Shown here one piece after another: positions 17,327-29,021 of a DNA stretch of 64,000 nucleotides. The position numbers and the translations under genes are program-made. How positions within the stretch are numbered: the stretch's first letter is position 1; each line of letters begins with the position of its first letter. This DNA is from Vicinamibacterales bacterium (GTDB taxonomy: Bacteria; Acidobacteriota; Vicinamibacteria; Vicinamibacterales; UBA2999): contig JBIKUN010000007.1 in assembly GCA_044347565.1 (NCBI GenBank), positions 3,307 through 67,306 of the forward strand, given 5' to 3'. The notes beneath the pieces were generated by a model that saw only the letters and a program-made list of their open reading frames with translations, made no database searches and was not told the origin of the DNA.

Positions 17327-19840
17327 ATGACCAGCTTGATATCGCCTCGCGCCGTTTTCGTCCTGTCCCTGCTCGTCGTGCCGCCGGCCCTGCCGGCTCA
17401 GGCGCGGACGCCGGCACCGCCTGCCGCCGCGGTGCAGGAACGCACCATCTCCGGCGTGGTCGTCGATGCCGATTCGCAGGCGCCGATTGCCGGCGCCGAG
17501 GTCACGTCGGGCACGGCGCGGGCCATCACCGATCCGGCGGGACGCTTCGCGCTGCGCGTGCCGGCCGGTGAGGCCGAGATCGCCATCGTGGCCCCGGGCC
17601 ATTTCCCGCTCGTGACCACCATCGATGCGCGCCTCGCGGATGTGACGGCCGCCGAGCTCACGCTCGCGCGCGACGCCGGCTTTGCCACGAGTGTCGCCGT
17701 CGTGGCCTCGGCGCCCACCGCGGCCCCGGCCGCCGAGACCGTCGCGCCCGTCCAGGTGCTGCGCACGCCCGGTGCGCTCGACAACATCTACCGCACCCTG
17801 CAGACGTTGCCGGGGGTGGCGGCAACCCAGGAGTTCAGCAGCCGCCTCTCGGTGCGCGGCGGCGCGCCCGACCAGAACCTGACGATGATGGACGGCGTCG
17901 AGGTGCACGACCCGTATCGCCTGTTCGGCCTCACGAGCGCGTTCAACCCCGAGACCATCCAGCGGTTCGAACTCGCCACCGGCGGCTTCAGCGTGAAGTA
18001 CGGCGATCGCCTGTCGTCGCTGCTGGTCATCGAGAACCGCGATGGCCGGAGCGGCCAGGGCATGATGAACGGCTCGGCATCGCTCAGCATCACCGACGCC
18101 AACGTGGTGCTCGAAGGCGGCCTGCCGAAGGGCGCGCGCGGGTCGTGGCTGGTCACCGGCCGCCGCACCTATTACGACCTCGTGGCCGCCCGCATCACCA
18201 ATCAGGATTTTCCCGCCTTCCAGGACCTCCAGGCCCGCGGCAGCTGGGCACCGTCAAACGGCACCCGCCTCACGGCCTTCAATCTGACCAGCCGGCAGGC
18301 GGCGCAGCTCGACATCGACAGCGACGATGCCCGCGGCGCCTTCCAGGACGACACCGACAACGATCTGGCGTGGCTGCGCTTCGACGCGACGCTCGGCACG
18401 CGCGGGCAGTCGCATACGGTCGTCGGGTTCTCCGATACACGGTCGACCTTCGGTGTCGACGCGGCGTTCCAGAACACCAGTCAGCGTTCGAACGCGCCCG
18501 ACGACGACAGCATCAGCACGGCCAACGTCGTGTTCGAGCGCGCCCTCAACGTGCGTGACTACTCCGTGCGGCAGGAACTGGCCTGGGCGCTTGGCGGGCA
18601 CGTGGTCGAGGCCGGCTTCGAAGCGCATCAGCTCACCACCTTGCAGCGCTTCCAGATCACGGGCGACCGCAACCCGGTCGCCGCCAACGGCTCGAGTGTG
18701 CAGGGAGGCGCCGGGCTGCCTGACCTGCTCCAATCCACGGCGAAATCGACCCGCGGCGGCGCGTGGCTGCAGGACACCTGGCAGGCGCTGAGCACCGTGT
18801 CGCTGCAGACCGGCCTGCGGCTCGACCGCTCGAGCTTCACCGGCGAGACACTGCTGTCGCCACGCGTCTCCGCCACGTACTCGCCCGGCGGGGCCACGCG
18901 CATCATTGGCGCCGCGGGGCTGTACACGCAGAGTCCCGGCTACGAAAAGCAGGCGCAGAGCGACTACGTGCTCGACTTCACGAACGAGGCCGTGAAGCTG
19001 GTGCGGAGTGAGCGCGCCTGGCAGGCGTCGGCGGGCGTCGAACGGCAGTTCGGCGGCGGCCTGACGCTCAAGGTCGAGGGCTACTACAAGCGCTTCACCG
19101 ACGTGCTCATCGGGCGCCTCGAGCCCGAGGAGGAACGTCTCGCCCGCGTCGCCCTCTACGATTTCCCGTCCGCGCTCAGGTCGAACATTCCGACCGAACC
19201 ACTCATCACGACCGTTCCCACCAACGACGGCACGGGTCGCGCCTACGGATTCGACATCTTCCTGAACCGGCCAGGCGGCGGCAAGCTCACGGGCTGGACC
19301 AGCTACACCTGGGGCCGAGCCGAACGCGAGGCGTACGGCCGCCTCTATCCGTTCGAGTACGATCGCCGCCACGCCTTCACGCTGGTGTCGTCGTACGCGT
19401 TCACGCCGCGCTGGGAAGTGGCGGCCACGACGCGAATCGCGTCGGGATTCCCGCGCACCGCGCCGCTCGGCGTGCGCGTGGCCGGCCGCGAAGACAGACT
19501 CGACCTCGATGCCGACGGCATCACCGACGAGATTCTGCCGGCGAGGGACGCCCGCGGCCTGCTCGAGTACTCGGTGAACTTCGGCGGCGTGAACAACCTC
19601 AACAACGCGCGGCTGCCGGTATTTGCGCGCGTGGACGCGCGCGTGACCTGGCGCCCGCGCGGCGCCGCCGGCCGCTGGGAGCTCTACGCCGAGGTCATCA
19701 ACCTGCTCAACCGGCAGAACGCCGGCGCCTTCGACCCCGAGCTCGTCTACGACCCGGCGTCCGACCGGCCGGCGATCGTCGAGCGGCGCGACCAGGCCAT
19801 TCCACGCCTGCCCACGCTCGGCGTGCGCTTCAGGTTCTAG
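17327..19840 (+). CDS. TonB-dependent outer-membrane receptor with an N-terminal carboxypeptidase-regulatory-like domain
   Basis: Signal peptide, ISGVVVDADSQAPIAGAEV (CarboxypepD_reg-like), plug motifs (LSVRGGAPDQNLTMMDGVEV), beta-barrel, C-terminal ..LGVRFRF. Confidence 0.8.
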   Translation: MTSLISPRAVFVLSLLVVPPALPAQARTPAPPAAAVQERTISGVVVDADSQAPIAGAEVTSGTARAITDPAGRFALRVPAGEAEIAIVAPGHFPLVTTIDARLADVTAAELTLARDAGFATSVAVVASAPTAAPAAETVAPVQVLRTPGALDNIYRTLQTLPGVAATQEFSSRLSVRGGAPDQNLTMMDGVEVHDPYRLFGLTSAFNPETIQRFELATGGFSVKYGDRLSSLLVIENRDGRSGQGMMNGSASLSITDANVVLEGGLPKGARGSWLVTGRRTYYDLVAARITNQDFPAFQDLQARGSWAPSNGTRLTAFNLTSRQAAQLDIDSDDARGAFQDDTDNDLAWLRFDATLGTRGQSHTVVGFSDTRSTFGVDAAFQNTSQRSNAPDDDSISTANVVFERALNVRDYSVRQELAWALGGHVVEAGFEAHQLTTLQRFQITGDRNPVAANGSSVQGGAGLPDLLQSTAKSTRGGAWLQDTWQALSTVSLQTGLRLDRSSFTGETLLSPRVSATYSPGGATRIIGAAGLYTQSPGYEKQAQSDYVLDFTNEAVKLVRSERAWQASAGVERQFGGGLTLKVEGYYKRFTDVLIGRLEPEEERLARVALYDFPSALRSNIPTEPLITTVPTNDGTGRAYGFDIFLNRPGGGKLTGWTSYTWGRAEREAYGRLYPFEYDRRHAFTLVSSYAFTPRWEVAATTRIASGFPRTAPLGVRVAGREDRLDLDADGITDEILPARDARGLLEYSVNFGGVNNLNNARLPVFARVDARVTWRPRGAAGRWELYAEVINLLNRQNAGAFDPELVYDPASDRPAIVERRDQAIPRLPTLGVRFRF

Positions 19841-19848
19841 TTTCGGGT

Positions 19849-19854
19849 TCTAAT
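19849..19854 (+). promoter_or_regulatory. -10-like TCTAAT, 6 nt before GTG 19861 (leaderless candidate)
   Basis: tctaat-cggggc-GTG, within the 20-nt gap after the TonB receptor gene. Confidence 0.3.
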
Positions 19855-19860
19855 CGGGGC

Positions 19861-21615
19861 GTGCGCTACCTGCGCGTCCTGACGAACTCGGCGATTGCGA
19901 GCGCGCTGCTTTCGGCGTATCTCACGATTGCGACGCTGCACCTGAATCCGGCCTATCCGCTTTCGGCCGCCGGGCCGCTCGCCGCGGCCTTCGGCCTGGC
20001 CTACGGCGTCAACGCGATCCTCGTCTTCTACGCGCTCGTCGTGCTGCGCCAGGTGGCGGCGGTGCAGGTGCTGTCGCCCGGCTGGCTGAGCGTCCGCGTG
20101 CTGGCGTGGATGTGCACGATCTCGGCGGCGGTGGGCGCGACGGTGATCTGGCTGAACGTCGCCGATTTCACGCCGTTCCTCACGGCGGACGCGGCGCGGC
20201 GCATGACGCTCGCCGCCATCGCCGTCGCCCTCTGCGGCGGCGTGTTCCTCATCGTCGCGCTGGCGCACATCGGGCGCCGTGGCACGGCGCCGAGCGGCGT
20301 CCTGCTCGTGACCACGATGGCGCTCTCGGTGGTGGTGCCGCTGACGCTGCGGGGGGCGTCACCCGGGGTGCCCGTGCCGCTGCCGGCGGCCAGCCGCCCG
20401 GTGACCGGCGATGACGCGGCCGGCGGGCGCGTCGTGGTGCTGGCGGTGGACGGCGCATCGCTCGATCACATCTCGCTCGCCGTGGCGCAAGGGCGGCTGC
20501 CGAACTTCGCGCGGCTGCTCGACGCCGGCGCATCCGCGTACCTCGCCACGCTCCGCCCCACCCAGGCCGAGCCCATCTGGACGACGGTGGCCACCGGCCG
20601 CATGCCGCAGACGAGCGGGGTGCGCGCGGCGGCCCGCTATGTCGCCAGCGACGAGGGGCCGCGCGTGGACGTGCTGCCCGACTACATCTACTCGCAGGCG
20701 ATGGTGCGCTACGGGTTCCTGCGCGCCGAAGCGCACACGCCGGAGTCGATGGCGTCGCTGCCGCTCTGGCGCATCCTGAGCGACCGCGGGATCCGCGTCG
20801 GCGTGGTGGGCTGGCCGCTCACGCATCCCGCGCCGCCGCTGCGCGGCTACGTCGTGAGCGACGTGCTGCACCGCGTGGACGACGCCCGCTTCGCGCTCGA
20901 CGGCGCCGCCGCCGTGTCGCCGCCGTCGCTCTGGACGGCGGTGACCGCGGCCCGGGCCCGGCCGCTCACGCCCGATCCGCACGAGGTGCTGGCCCGCGCC
21001 GGGCGCCTGCCGCGGGGCAGTGACGCCGATGGCCGCGTCGATCCCGCGCCCGTGCAGGCCGACAGCCTGCACCTGCGGCTGCTCGACACGCTCGAAGCCA
21101 CGCGTCCGTCGCGGTTCGTCGCGCTGCGCCTGCCCGGCCTCGACGCCGTCGCGCACTATTTCCTGCGCTACGCCACGCCGGAGGAGTTCGGCGACGTCAC
21201 CGACGCGGAACGCGAGGCCTTCGGCACCGTGCTCGACGACTACTACGGCGTGCTCGACGCCGTGGTCGGCCGCCTGCACGACTCGCTCGGCCCCGACGAC
21301 CTGGTGCTCGTGGTCTCGGGGCACGGGATCGAACCGCTCACGCCGGTCAAGCGGATCCTCGAGCGTTTCGTGGGCGACGGCCAGCTGAGTGGCACGCACG
21401 AACGTGCGCCCGACGGCTTCGTGCTGGCGATGGGATCCGCTGTGCAGCCGGGCCGCCTGGAACGGGGCTCGATGGCCGATATCGCGCCGACGGTGCTCTA
21501 TTTCCTCGGCCTGCCGATCGGCCGCGACATGGACGGCCGCGCCCGCACCGACCTCTTCACGCCGGCCTTCACCGCCACGCGCCCGGTGACGTTCATTCCG
21601 AGTTACGGGCGGTAG
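19861..21615 (+). CDS. Membrane-anchored alkaline-phosphatase-superfamily protein (type I phosphodiesterase/nucleotide pyrophosphatase-like)
   Basis: About 5 N-terminal hydrophobic helices, then VVVLAVDGASLDHI...LPNFARLLDAG, typical of AlkP/NPP-family metal-site regions. Confidence 0.6.
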   Translation: MRYLRVLTNSAIASALLSAYLTIATLHLNPAYPLSAAGPLAAAFGLAYGVNAILVFYALVVLRQVAAVQVLSPGWLSVRVLAWMCTISAAVGATVIWLNVADFTPFLTADAARRMTLAAIAVALCGGVFLIVALAHIGRRGTAPSGVLLVTTMALSVVVPLTLRGASPGVPVPLPAASRPVTGDDAAGGRVVVLAVDGASLDHISLAVAQGRLPNFARLLDAGASAYLATLRPTQAEPIWTTVATGRMPQTSGVRAAARYVASDEGPRVDVLPDYIYSQAMVRYGFLRAEAHTPESMASLPLWRILSDRGIRVGVVGWPLTHPAPPLRGYVVSDVLHRVDDARFALDGAAAVSPPSLWTAVTAARARPLTPDPHEVLARAGRLPRGSDADGRVDPAPVQADSLHLRLLDTLEATRPSRFVALRLPGLDAVAHYFLRYATPEEFGDVTDAEREAFGTVLDDYYGVLDAVVGRLHDSLGPDDLVLVVSGHGIEPLTPVKRILERFVGDGQLSGTHERAPDGFVLAMGSAVQPGRLERGSMADIAPTVLYFLGLPIGRDMDGRARTDLFTPAFTATRPVTFIPSYGR

Positions 21616-21616
21616 G

Positions 21617-23296
<1,680 letters not shown>

Positions 23297-23316
<20 letters not shown>

Positions 23317-24631
23317 GGGTGGCCGGGTCGTCGACCCGGCGAATGGCATCGATGGCGCGTACGACGTGCTCGTGAGTGATGGCGTCATCGCGAAGGTGGG
23401 CCGCGCCCTCCCGGTGAGTCTCGCGGAGGGCGGGCAGGTGATCGCGCTCACGCCGGCGTTCGTCGTGTGCCCCGGCTTCATCGACATGCACGTGCACCTG
23501 CGCGAGCCCGGCCAGGAACACAAGGAGACGGTGGCCACCGGCGTGGCCTCGGCCGTGGCCGGCGGCTTCACGGCCGTGGCCTGTATGCCGAACACGAAGC
23601 CGGTGAACGACAACGCCGGCGTCACCGAGCTCATCCTCAAGAAGGCGGCTGATGCCGGCCTGGCGCGTGTCTACCCGATCGGCGCCGTGTCGCGCGGGCA
23701 GCAGGGCGAGCAGCTCGCCGACATCGCCGAGCTGAAGGCGGCCGGCTGCGTCGCCATCAGCGACGACGGGCATCCCGTGTCGACGGCGCTGCTGGCGCGG
23801 CGGGCGATGGAATACGCCGGCATGTTCAAGATGCCGCTCATCGAACACTGCGAGGACCCGTCGCTCAAGGGCGACGGTGTCGTGCACGAAGGGCCGATGG
23901 CGGCCTCGCTCGGCCTCAAGGGGATCCCCGGCATCGCCGAGGCGATCACGGCCGGCCGCGACATCCTCATCGCCGAGATGGTGGGCGGGCACGTGCACGT
24001 CGCGCACATGAGCGCGTGGACGACGCTCGAAGCCGTGCGTCAGGGCAAGAGCCGCGGCGTCAACGTCACCTGTGAAGTGGCGCCGCATCACTTCACGCTC
24101 ACCGACGCGCTGCTGGCGGCGCCGGTGCCCTACGACACCGACACCAAGATGAATCCGCCGCTGCGCGAAGCGAAGGACCGCGATGCGATGCTCGCCGGCA
24201 TCGCCGATGGCAGCGTGGACGTCATCGCCACCGACCACGCACCGCATCACGCCGACGAGAAACACGTCGAGTACGACCGCGCGCCCTTCGGCATCGTCGG
24301 CCTGGAGACGGCCATTCCCATCGCCCTCGACACGCTCGTGCATGCCGGTGTCATCCGGCTGCCGCGGCTCGTTGAGCTGATGTCGGTGAATCCGGCCCGT
24401 ATCCTCAACGTGGCGGGCGGCAGCCTGGCCGAGGGCCAGGTGGCCGACATCACCATCCTCGCCCCCGAGCAGAGCGTCACGATCGACAGGACGCAGTTCG
24501 TGAGCAAGTCGAAGAACACGCCGTACCACGGCCGGACGTTCCGCGGCGCCGCCGCGGCGACGATCGTCGGCGGCCGCGTGGTCTACGTGAACGCGGCGTC
24601 GGGGCTGGCGCTGACGGCAGAGGCGCGGTGA
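23297..24631 (+). CDS. pyrC: Dihydroorotase (multifunctional-complex type)
   Basis: [19 protein letters not shown] and FGIVGLET. Overlaps the pyrB 3' end by 20 nt. Confidence 0.9.
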
Positions 24632-25257
24632 TGGCCGTCGACACGAAGCGCGACGACATCCGCACCCGCGCGCTGCAGGACCTGCGGCGCTTCGAAGTGG
24701 TCATGGAGGGCCACTTCGACTACGACAACGGCTATCACGGTCGGCTCTATCTGAACCCGCACCAGCTGTTCCGCTATCCCTCGACGATCTGGCGCGTGGC
24801 GCAGGACCTCATCGACGTGCTGCCGCCGGGCGTGACCGAACGGGTGACCGTGGTGGCCGGGCCGGCGACGGGCGGCGCACTGCTCGCGCACACGATCGCC
24901 GGGCTGCTCGACGGCCGGCGCGCGCTCACGCGCGAGCCCTACTCGTTCGCGCCGCTGCATCACGGCGCCGATGGCGCGGCGGTGCTGTCGCCGTTCTACG
25001 CGGCTGTCGTGAAGGGCGCGCAGGTGCTGCTCGTGGACGACGTCCGTAATACGGGGCAGACATTCAGGCAGTGCGCGGATCGCATCGCCGCCGCCGGTGG
25101 CACCGTGGTGTGCACGGCGCAGATCGTGGACCGCGGCGAAGCGGTGGTGACGCTCGACGTGCCGAACATGCCGCTCGTGGACTACCCGGCGCCGGAGAAC
25201 TACCCGGCGGCCGAGTGTCCGCTCTGCCGCCAGGGTGTGCCGGTTACGTCGTTCTGA
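24628..25257 (+). CDS. Divergent type I phosphoribosyltransferase (PyrE-like paralog)
   Basis: PRPP motif VLLVDDVRNTGQT, GHFDYDNGYHGRLY and C-terminal ECPLCRQGVPVT, mirroring the PyrE at 55049. The start overlaps the pyrC stop (GTGATG). Confidence 0.7.
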   Translation: MMAVDTKRDDIRTRALQDLRRFEVVMEGHFDYDNGYHGRLYLNPHQLFRYPSTIWRVAQDLIDVLPPGVTERVTVVAGPATGGALLAHTIAGLLDGRRALTREPYSFAPLHHGADGAAVLSPFYAAVVKGAQVLLVDDVRNTGQTFRQCADRIAAAGGTVVCTAQIVDRGEAVVTLDVPNMPLVDYPAPENYPAAECPLCRQGVPVTSF

Positions 25258-25263
25258 CCGGGG

Positions 25264-25286
25264 GGCGCGGGCGTGATGCCCGCGCC
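25264..25286. terminator. Perfect 9-bp GC hairpin between convergent genes (bidirectional terminator candidate)
   Basis: ggcgcgggc-gtgat-gcccgcgcc. Confidence 0.5.
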
Positions 25287-25293
25287 GCGCCCA

Positions 25294-25680
25294 CTACTTC
25301 TTCGTGCCGGTGAACGTGCCGGAGAGCTGCCCGCCGGCCATCGAGACCGCGCCCTTCATCGACGTGCCGTCCACGGTGCCCGTGTAGTTCACGTCCACCT
25401 GCTGGCCCTGGGCGTCGAGAGTGAACGAAAACTGGATGGCCGTGCCCTTCACCGTGCCCGTGAAGTTGGCGCTGCCGAGCTGCCCGTTGTAGGTGCCGGT
25501 CAGCTTCTCGCCGTCCTGCTTGAACGAGATTGCGGGCGCGCCCGAGCCCATGCCGGTGTCGACCGAAAATGCCCAGTCGCCGGTGACATCCACGGCCTGC
25601 GCGCGTCCCGACGTCACCGCCGCGAGGACGAGGGCGCACACCGCCAGAGTGAACCGCCGCCGAGCCAACTGTGCCTGCAT
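25294..25680 (-). CDS. Small secreted beta-rich hypothetical protein
   Basis: ORF trimmed to MQAQLARRRFTLAVCALVLAAVTSGRAQA (signal peptide) with GGAGG SD upstream. Repeated G-T-x-x-G-T strands (GTYNG, FTGTVKG, YTGTVDG, GTFTGT). Confidence 0.5.
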   Translation of the reverse strand: MQAQLARRRFTLAVCALVLAAVTSGRAQAVDVTGDWAFSVDTGMGSGAPAISFKQDGEKLTGTYNGQLGSANFTGTVKGTAIQFSFTLDAQGQQVDVNYTGTVDGTSMKGAVSMAGGQLSGTFTGTKK

Positions 25681-25734
25681 CAGTCCAAGACCTCCAGTCA
25701 CGAGTATGCAACGGAATGTCTTCGCGCGGTTCGC

Positions 25735-25740
25735 TAGAAT
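25735..25740 (+). promoter_or_regulatory. -10 box TAGAAT, 10 nt before ATG 25751 (leaderless candidate)
   Basis: gcTAGAATgcgcgggcgcATGacc. Confidence 0.35.
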
Positions 25741-25750
25741 GCGCGGGCGC

Positions 25751-26773
25751 ATGACCAGCTCATCCCATCTCGCCGTGGCCTCGGCGTTCGCCGCCGCCGT
25801 GCTGACCCTGCCGGCCCTGACCGCTCAGACCCCGCCGCCGCTGCGCGCCGACGCACCTGCCGGCGCGATGCCGCCGCCCTGGGTCTACACGATCAACACG
25901 CCGGTGCCGCCCGGCGCGCCCGCGGCGCCCGCCGACGACACGCCGCGCAGTGTGCCCGGCAGCACCGTGCGGCTCACGCGTGCCCAGCTCGGCGACCTCT
26001 TCAACCCGCCCGACTGGCGTCCCGAGAACCATCCGCCGGCGCCCGAGGTGGTGGCGCACGGCCGCAAGCCCGACGTCCGCGCGTGTGGCTACTGCCACTA
26101 TCCGAACGGGCAGGGCCGGCCCGAGAACTCGTCGCTCGTCGGCCTGCCGGCCGCCTACATCGTGCAGCAGATGGCCGACATGCGCGCCGGGCTGCGGCGC
26201 AGCGCCGACCCCAACATGCGTCCGCCCGCCGCGATGCTCGCCATCGCGAAGGCGAGCACGGTGGAGGAGGATCGCGCGGCCGCCGACTACTTCGCGTCGT
26301 TCGCCTACCGGAAGTGGATTCGCGTGGTCGAGACCGCCACGGTGGCGACGATGAAGGTCGCCGGTGGCGTGTTCGTGCCGATCGTCGGCGACGGCGCGGG
26401 CACCGAGCCCATCGCCGGCCGCATCATCGAGACGCCCGAGGACGTGGCGCGGGCGGAGGTCCGCGACTCCGGCTCGGGCTTCATCGCCTACGTGCCGCCC
26501 GGCAGCCTCCGCCGCGGCGAGGCGCTCGTCACGACCGGTGGCGGCACGCGCACCATCGCCTGCGGCGTCTGCCACGGCACGGATCTGAAGGGCCTGGGCG
26601 CGGTGCCGCCGCTTGCCGGACGCTCGCCGAGCTACACCGTGCGGCAGCTCTTCGACCTGCAGCACGGCACCCGCCGCGGCCCCTGGGCGCCGCTCATGCG
26701 GGCGGCGGTGCAGAAGCTGACGCTCGACGACATGGTGGCGATTGCCGCCTACACCGCATCGCGGGAACCGTAA
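25751..26773 (+). CDS. Secreted dihaem c-type cytochrome
   Basis: Signal peptide MTSSSHLAVASAFAAAVLTLPALTAQ and two CxxCH motifs (CGYCH, CGVCH). Alternative in-frame ATGs lie at 25739 and 25706. Confidence 0.75.
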   Translation: MTSSSHLAVASAFAAAVLTLPALTAQTPPPLRADAPAGAMPPPWVYTINTPVPPGAPAAPADDTPRSVPGSTVRLTRAQLGDLFNPPDWRPENHPPAPEVVAHGRKPDVRACGYCHYPNGQGRPENSSLVGLPAAYIVQQMADMRAGLRRSADPNMRPPAAMLAIAKASTVEEDRAAADYFASFAYRKWIRVVETATVATMKVAGGVFVPIVGDGAGTEPIAGRIIETPEDVARAEVRDSGSGFIAYVPPGSLRRGEALVTTGGGTRTIACGVCHGTDLKGLGAVPPLAGRSPSYTVRQLFDLQHGTRRGPWAPLMRAAVQKLTLDDMVAIAAYTASREP

Positions 26774-26809
26774 CAGGTCTGGCTCCGCCCTGAATGGGGT
26801 CTGACCCCA

Positions 26810-27958
26810 CTATGCACTCAGCGCGTCGATGAGCGCGGTGATGTCGCGGGCGTCGTTGTAGACGTGCGGGGAGACGCGCAGCGCCGAGCCCCGCAGCGAC
26901 ACCAGCACCTGCCGCGCCCGCAGGCGCTCGCCGACGGCCGTGATGTCGGTGCCGGCCGGCGCCCTGAGGCCGAAGAGGTGCGCGCCGCGATACTCCGGCG
27001 CTTCCACCGTGTAGCCCAGGGCGCGGACACGCTCGAAGAGGTCGGCGGTGAGCGCCGCGCAGTACGCCTGCACACGTGCCGGCTGCCAGTCGAGCACCTG
27101 TTCGAGCGCGGCCACGGCCATCGGCATGAGCGCGAAGTTGCTGCGCTCGCCGACGTCGTAACGCCTCGCACCGGGCTGATAGTCGTCGCGATAGTGCACG
27201 AGCTCCTTGAAGTTCTCACTGCCGGCGCGGCCGATCCACGTCTCTTCGAGGGGTTCTCCCGCATCGAAGCGCGGCCCGAGATACGCGAAGCCCATCGAAT
27301 ACGGGCCCATCAGCCACTTGTAGGTGGCGCATACGAGGGCATCCGGCTGAATGGCCTGCACGTCGAACGGCAGCGCGCCGACCGACTGCGTGCCGTCGAC
27401 GACGAGCGCCGCCCCCACCTCGCGCGCGCGCCGGCCGATCGCCTCCAGTTCGAACTTCGTGCCGTCGGTCCAGTGCACGTGGCCGAGGGCGACGATGGCG
27501 GTCGCAGCGTCGATCGCCTCGAGCAGCCGCTCGTTCCACCCCTTGCCGCGGCCATCGACGACCTCGGGCGGCGCCACCACGCGAATCCCGACGCCGCGGT
27601 CGCGCGCGAGGCGGCGCCAGGCGTGCACGTTCGCCGGGAACTGCTCGTGTGTGACGACGATGTTCTGGCCGGCGCCCGCTGGCAGGTTACGGGCCGCGAT
27701 CGCGAGTCCGTAGGACGCCGCCGGAATGATGGCCACGCGCGACGGGTCCGGCGCGTTCACGAGCCGGGCGAACAGCGCCCGTGTCCGCTCCGACTCGGTG
27801 AAGAAGTCGGACGTCGCAATCCGCGACGGCACGCGTTTGCGCGCCACGCCGGTCATGCCGGCTGTTTCGACGGCCACCGAGATCGGCGACATGTAGGCGC
27901 AGTTCAGGTAGTGCTCATCGTCGGGCAGCGAGAATCTCGACTTCTGGCAGGAGAGCAT
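26810..27958 (-). CDS. Class V aminotransferase-fold PLP enzyme (cysteine desulfurase/selenocysteine lyase-like)
   Basis: Fold-type I pattern with ALVVDGTQSVG and the PLP-lysine context ATYKWLMGP. Confidence 0.8.
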   Translation of the reverse strand: MLSCQKSRFSLPDDEHYLNCAYMSPISVAVETAGMTGVARKRVPSRIATSDFFTESERTRALFARLVNAPDPSRVAIIPAASYGLAIAARNLPAGAGQNIVVTHEQFPANVHAWRRLARDRGVGIRVVAPPEVVDGRGKGWNERLLEAIDAATAIVALGHVHWTDGTKFELEAIGRRAREVGAALVVDGTQSVGALPFDVQAIQPDALVCATYKWLMGPYSMGFAYLGPRFDAGEPLEETWIGRAGSENFKELVHYRDDYQPGARRYDVGERSNFALMPMAVAALEQVLDWQPARVQAYCAALTADLFERVRALGYTVEAPEYRGAHLFGLRAPAGTDITAVGERLRARQVLVSLRGSALRVSPHVYNDARDITALIDALSA

Positions 27959-27964
27959 CGCGGC

Positions 27965-27970
27965 ATTCTA
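27965..27970 (-). promoter_or_regulatory. -10 box TAGAAT, 6 nt before ATG (comp 27956-27958) (leaderless candidate)
   Basis: Minus strand reads ggaTAGAATgccgcgATGctc. Confidence 0.4.
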
Positions 27971-28034
27971 TCCGCGGCGCTGTGCCACAATCCTTCCCTG
28001 CCGGCCGCCCGCGCCGGCGCTGGAGGATCCGCTG

Positions 28035-29009
28035 ATGCAGGCCGCTCACCTGTGGCTCGCCGCCACGACGTTCCTGGCCCTGGCCGCGCCCGTCGCGGCG
28101 CAGTCGTCCGATCCACCCGTCGCGGCGATGAAGGTCACCGTGCTGTCGACGATGCTCGTCGGCAACGCCCGCGAAGGCGTGGGGGAGTGGGGCTTCGCCG
28201 CCGTGCTCGAGGTGGACGGCCGGCGCTGGCTCATCGACACCGGCGCGCGCGCCGAGACGGTGCTGCGCAACGCCGAGGAACTCAAGGTCGATCTCTCGAC
28301 CATTACCGACCTCGTCATCACGCACAATCACGACGATCACACCGGCGGACTCCTGGTGCTGCGGCGTGAGATGGCGAAGAAGAACCCGAACGCGCTCAGC
28401 CGCGCCCACGTCGCCAAGGGCATCTTCACGCCGCGCCTCACGCGGCAGGGCCGGGAGGGTGGCGGTCTGCTGCCCATCAAGGCCGACTACGAGAAGCTCG
28501 GCGGCACGTTCGTCGAGTACGACAAGCCGACGCGTCTTGCGCCTGGCGTCTGGATGACCGGCCCGGTGCCGCGCGTGCACCCGGAGAAGAACTGGAGCGT
28601 CAGCACGCAGCTGCAGACGCCGAATGGGCCGGTCGAGGACAACGTCCCGGAAGATTCGTCGATCGTCGTGCAGACGGCCCAGGGGCTCGTGGTCGTGAGC
28701 GGCTGCGGCCATGCCGGCATCGTCAACACGCTCGAATACGCGCAGAAGACCGTGCAGAACACCAGCGTGCATGCCGCCATCGGCGGCTTCCACCTGTTCG
28801 CCGCTTCGGACGAGACGCTGGCGTGGACGGCCGCGAAGCTCAAGGAGGCGAAGGTGGCCTACTTCCTCGGCGCGCACTGCACCGGCATCGAAGCCGTGTT
28901 CCGGATTCGCCAGGCGCTTGGCCTCGCCCGCAAGGCGGCCGTCGTTGGCGCCGTGGGCGCGTCGTTCACGCTCGGCACGGGCATCGATCCGAAAGCGCTC
29001 GCGCAGTAA
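28035..29009 (+). CDS. Secreted MBL-fold metallo-hydrolase
   Basis: Signal peptide, metal motif ITHNHDDHTGG, and a later GCGHAG. Confidence 0.75.
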   Translation: MQAAHLWLAATTFLALAAPVAAQSSDPPVAAMKVTVLSTMLVGNAREGVGEWGFAAVLEVDGRRWLIDTGARAETVLRNAEELKVDLSTITDLVITHNHDDHTGGLLVLRREMAKKNPNALSRAHVAKGIFTPRLTRQGREGGGLLPIKADYEKLGGTFVEYDKPTRLAPGVWMTGPVPRVHPEKNWSVSTQLQTPNGPVEDNVPEDSSIVVQTAQGLVVVSGCGHAGIVNTLEYAQKTVQNTSVHAAIGGFHLFAASDETLAWTAAKLKEAKVAYFLGAHCTGIEAVFRIRQALGLARKAAVVGAVGASFTLGTGIDPKALAQ

Positions 29010-29021
29010 CAGGAGACTCCG

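Noticed and set aside
14728-17908. Very long N-terminal extensions of pyrF (572 aa), pyrD (662 aa) and pyrK (513 aa) as given by the ORF track
   Set aside because: Each extension merely reads through the upstream gene in another frame. The conserved protein starts ([20 protein letters not shown]) coincide with ATGA stop-start overlaps.
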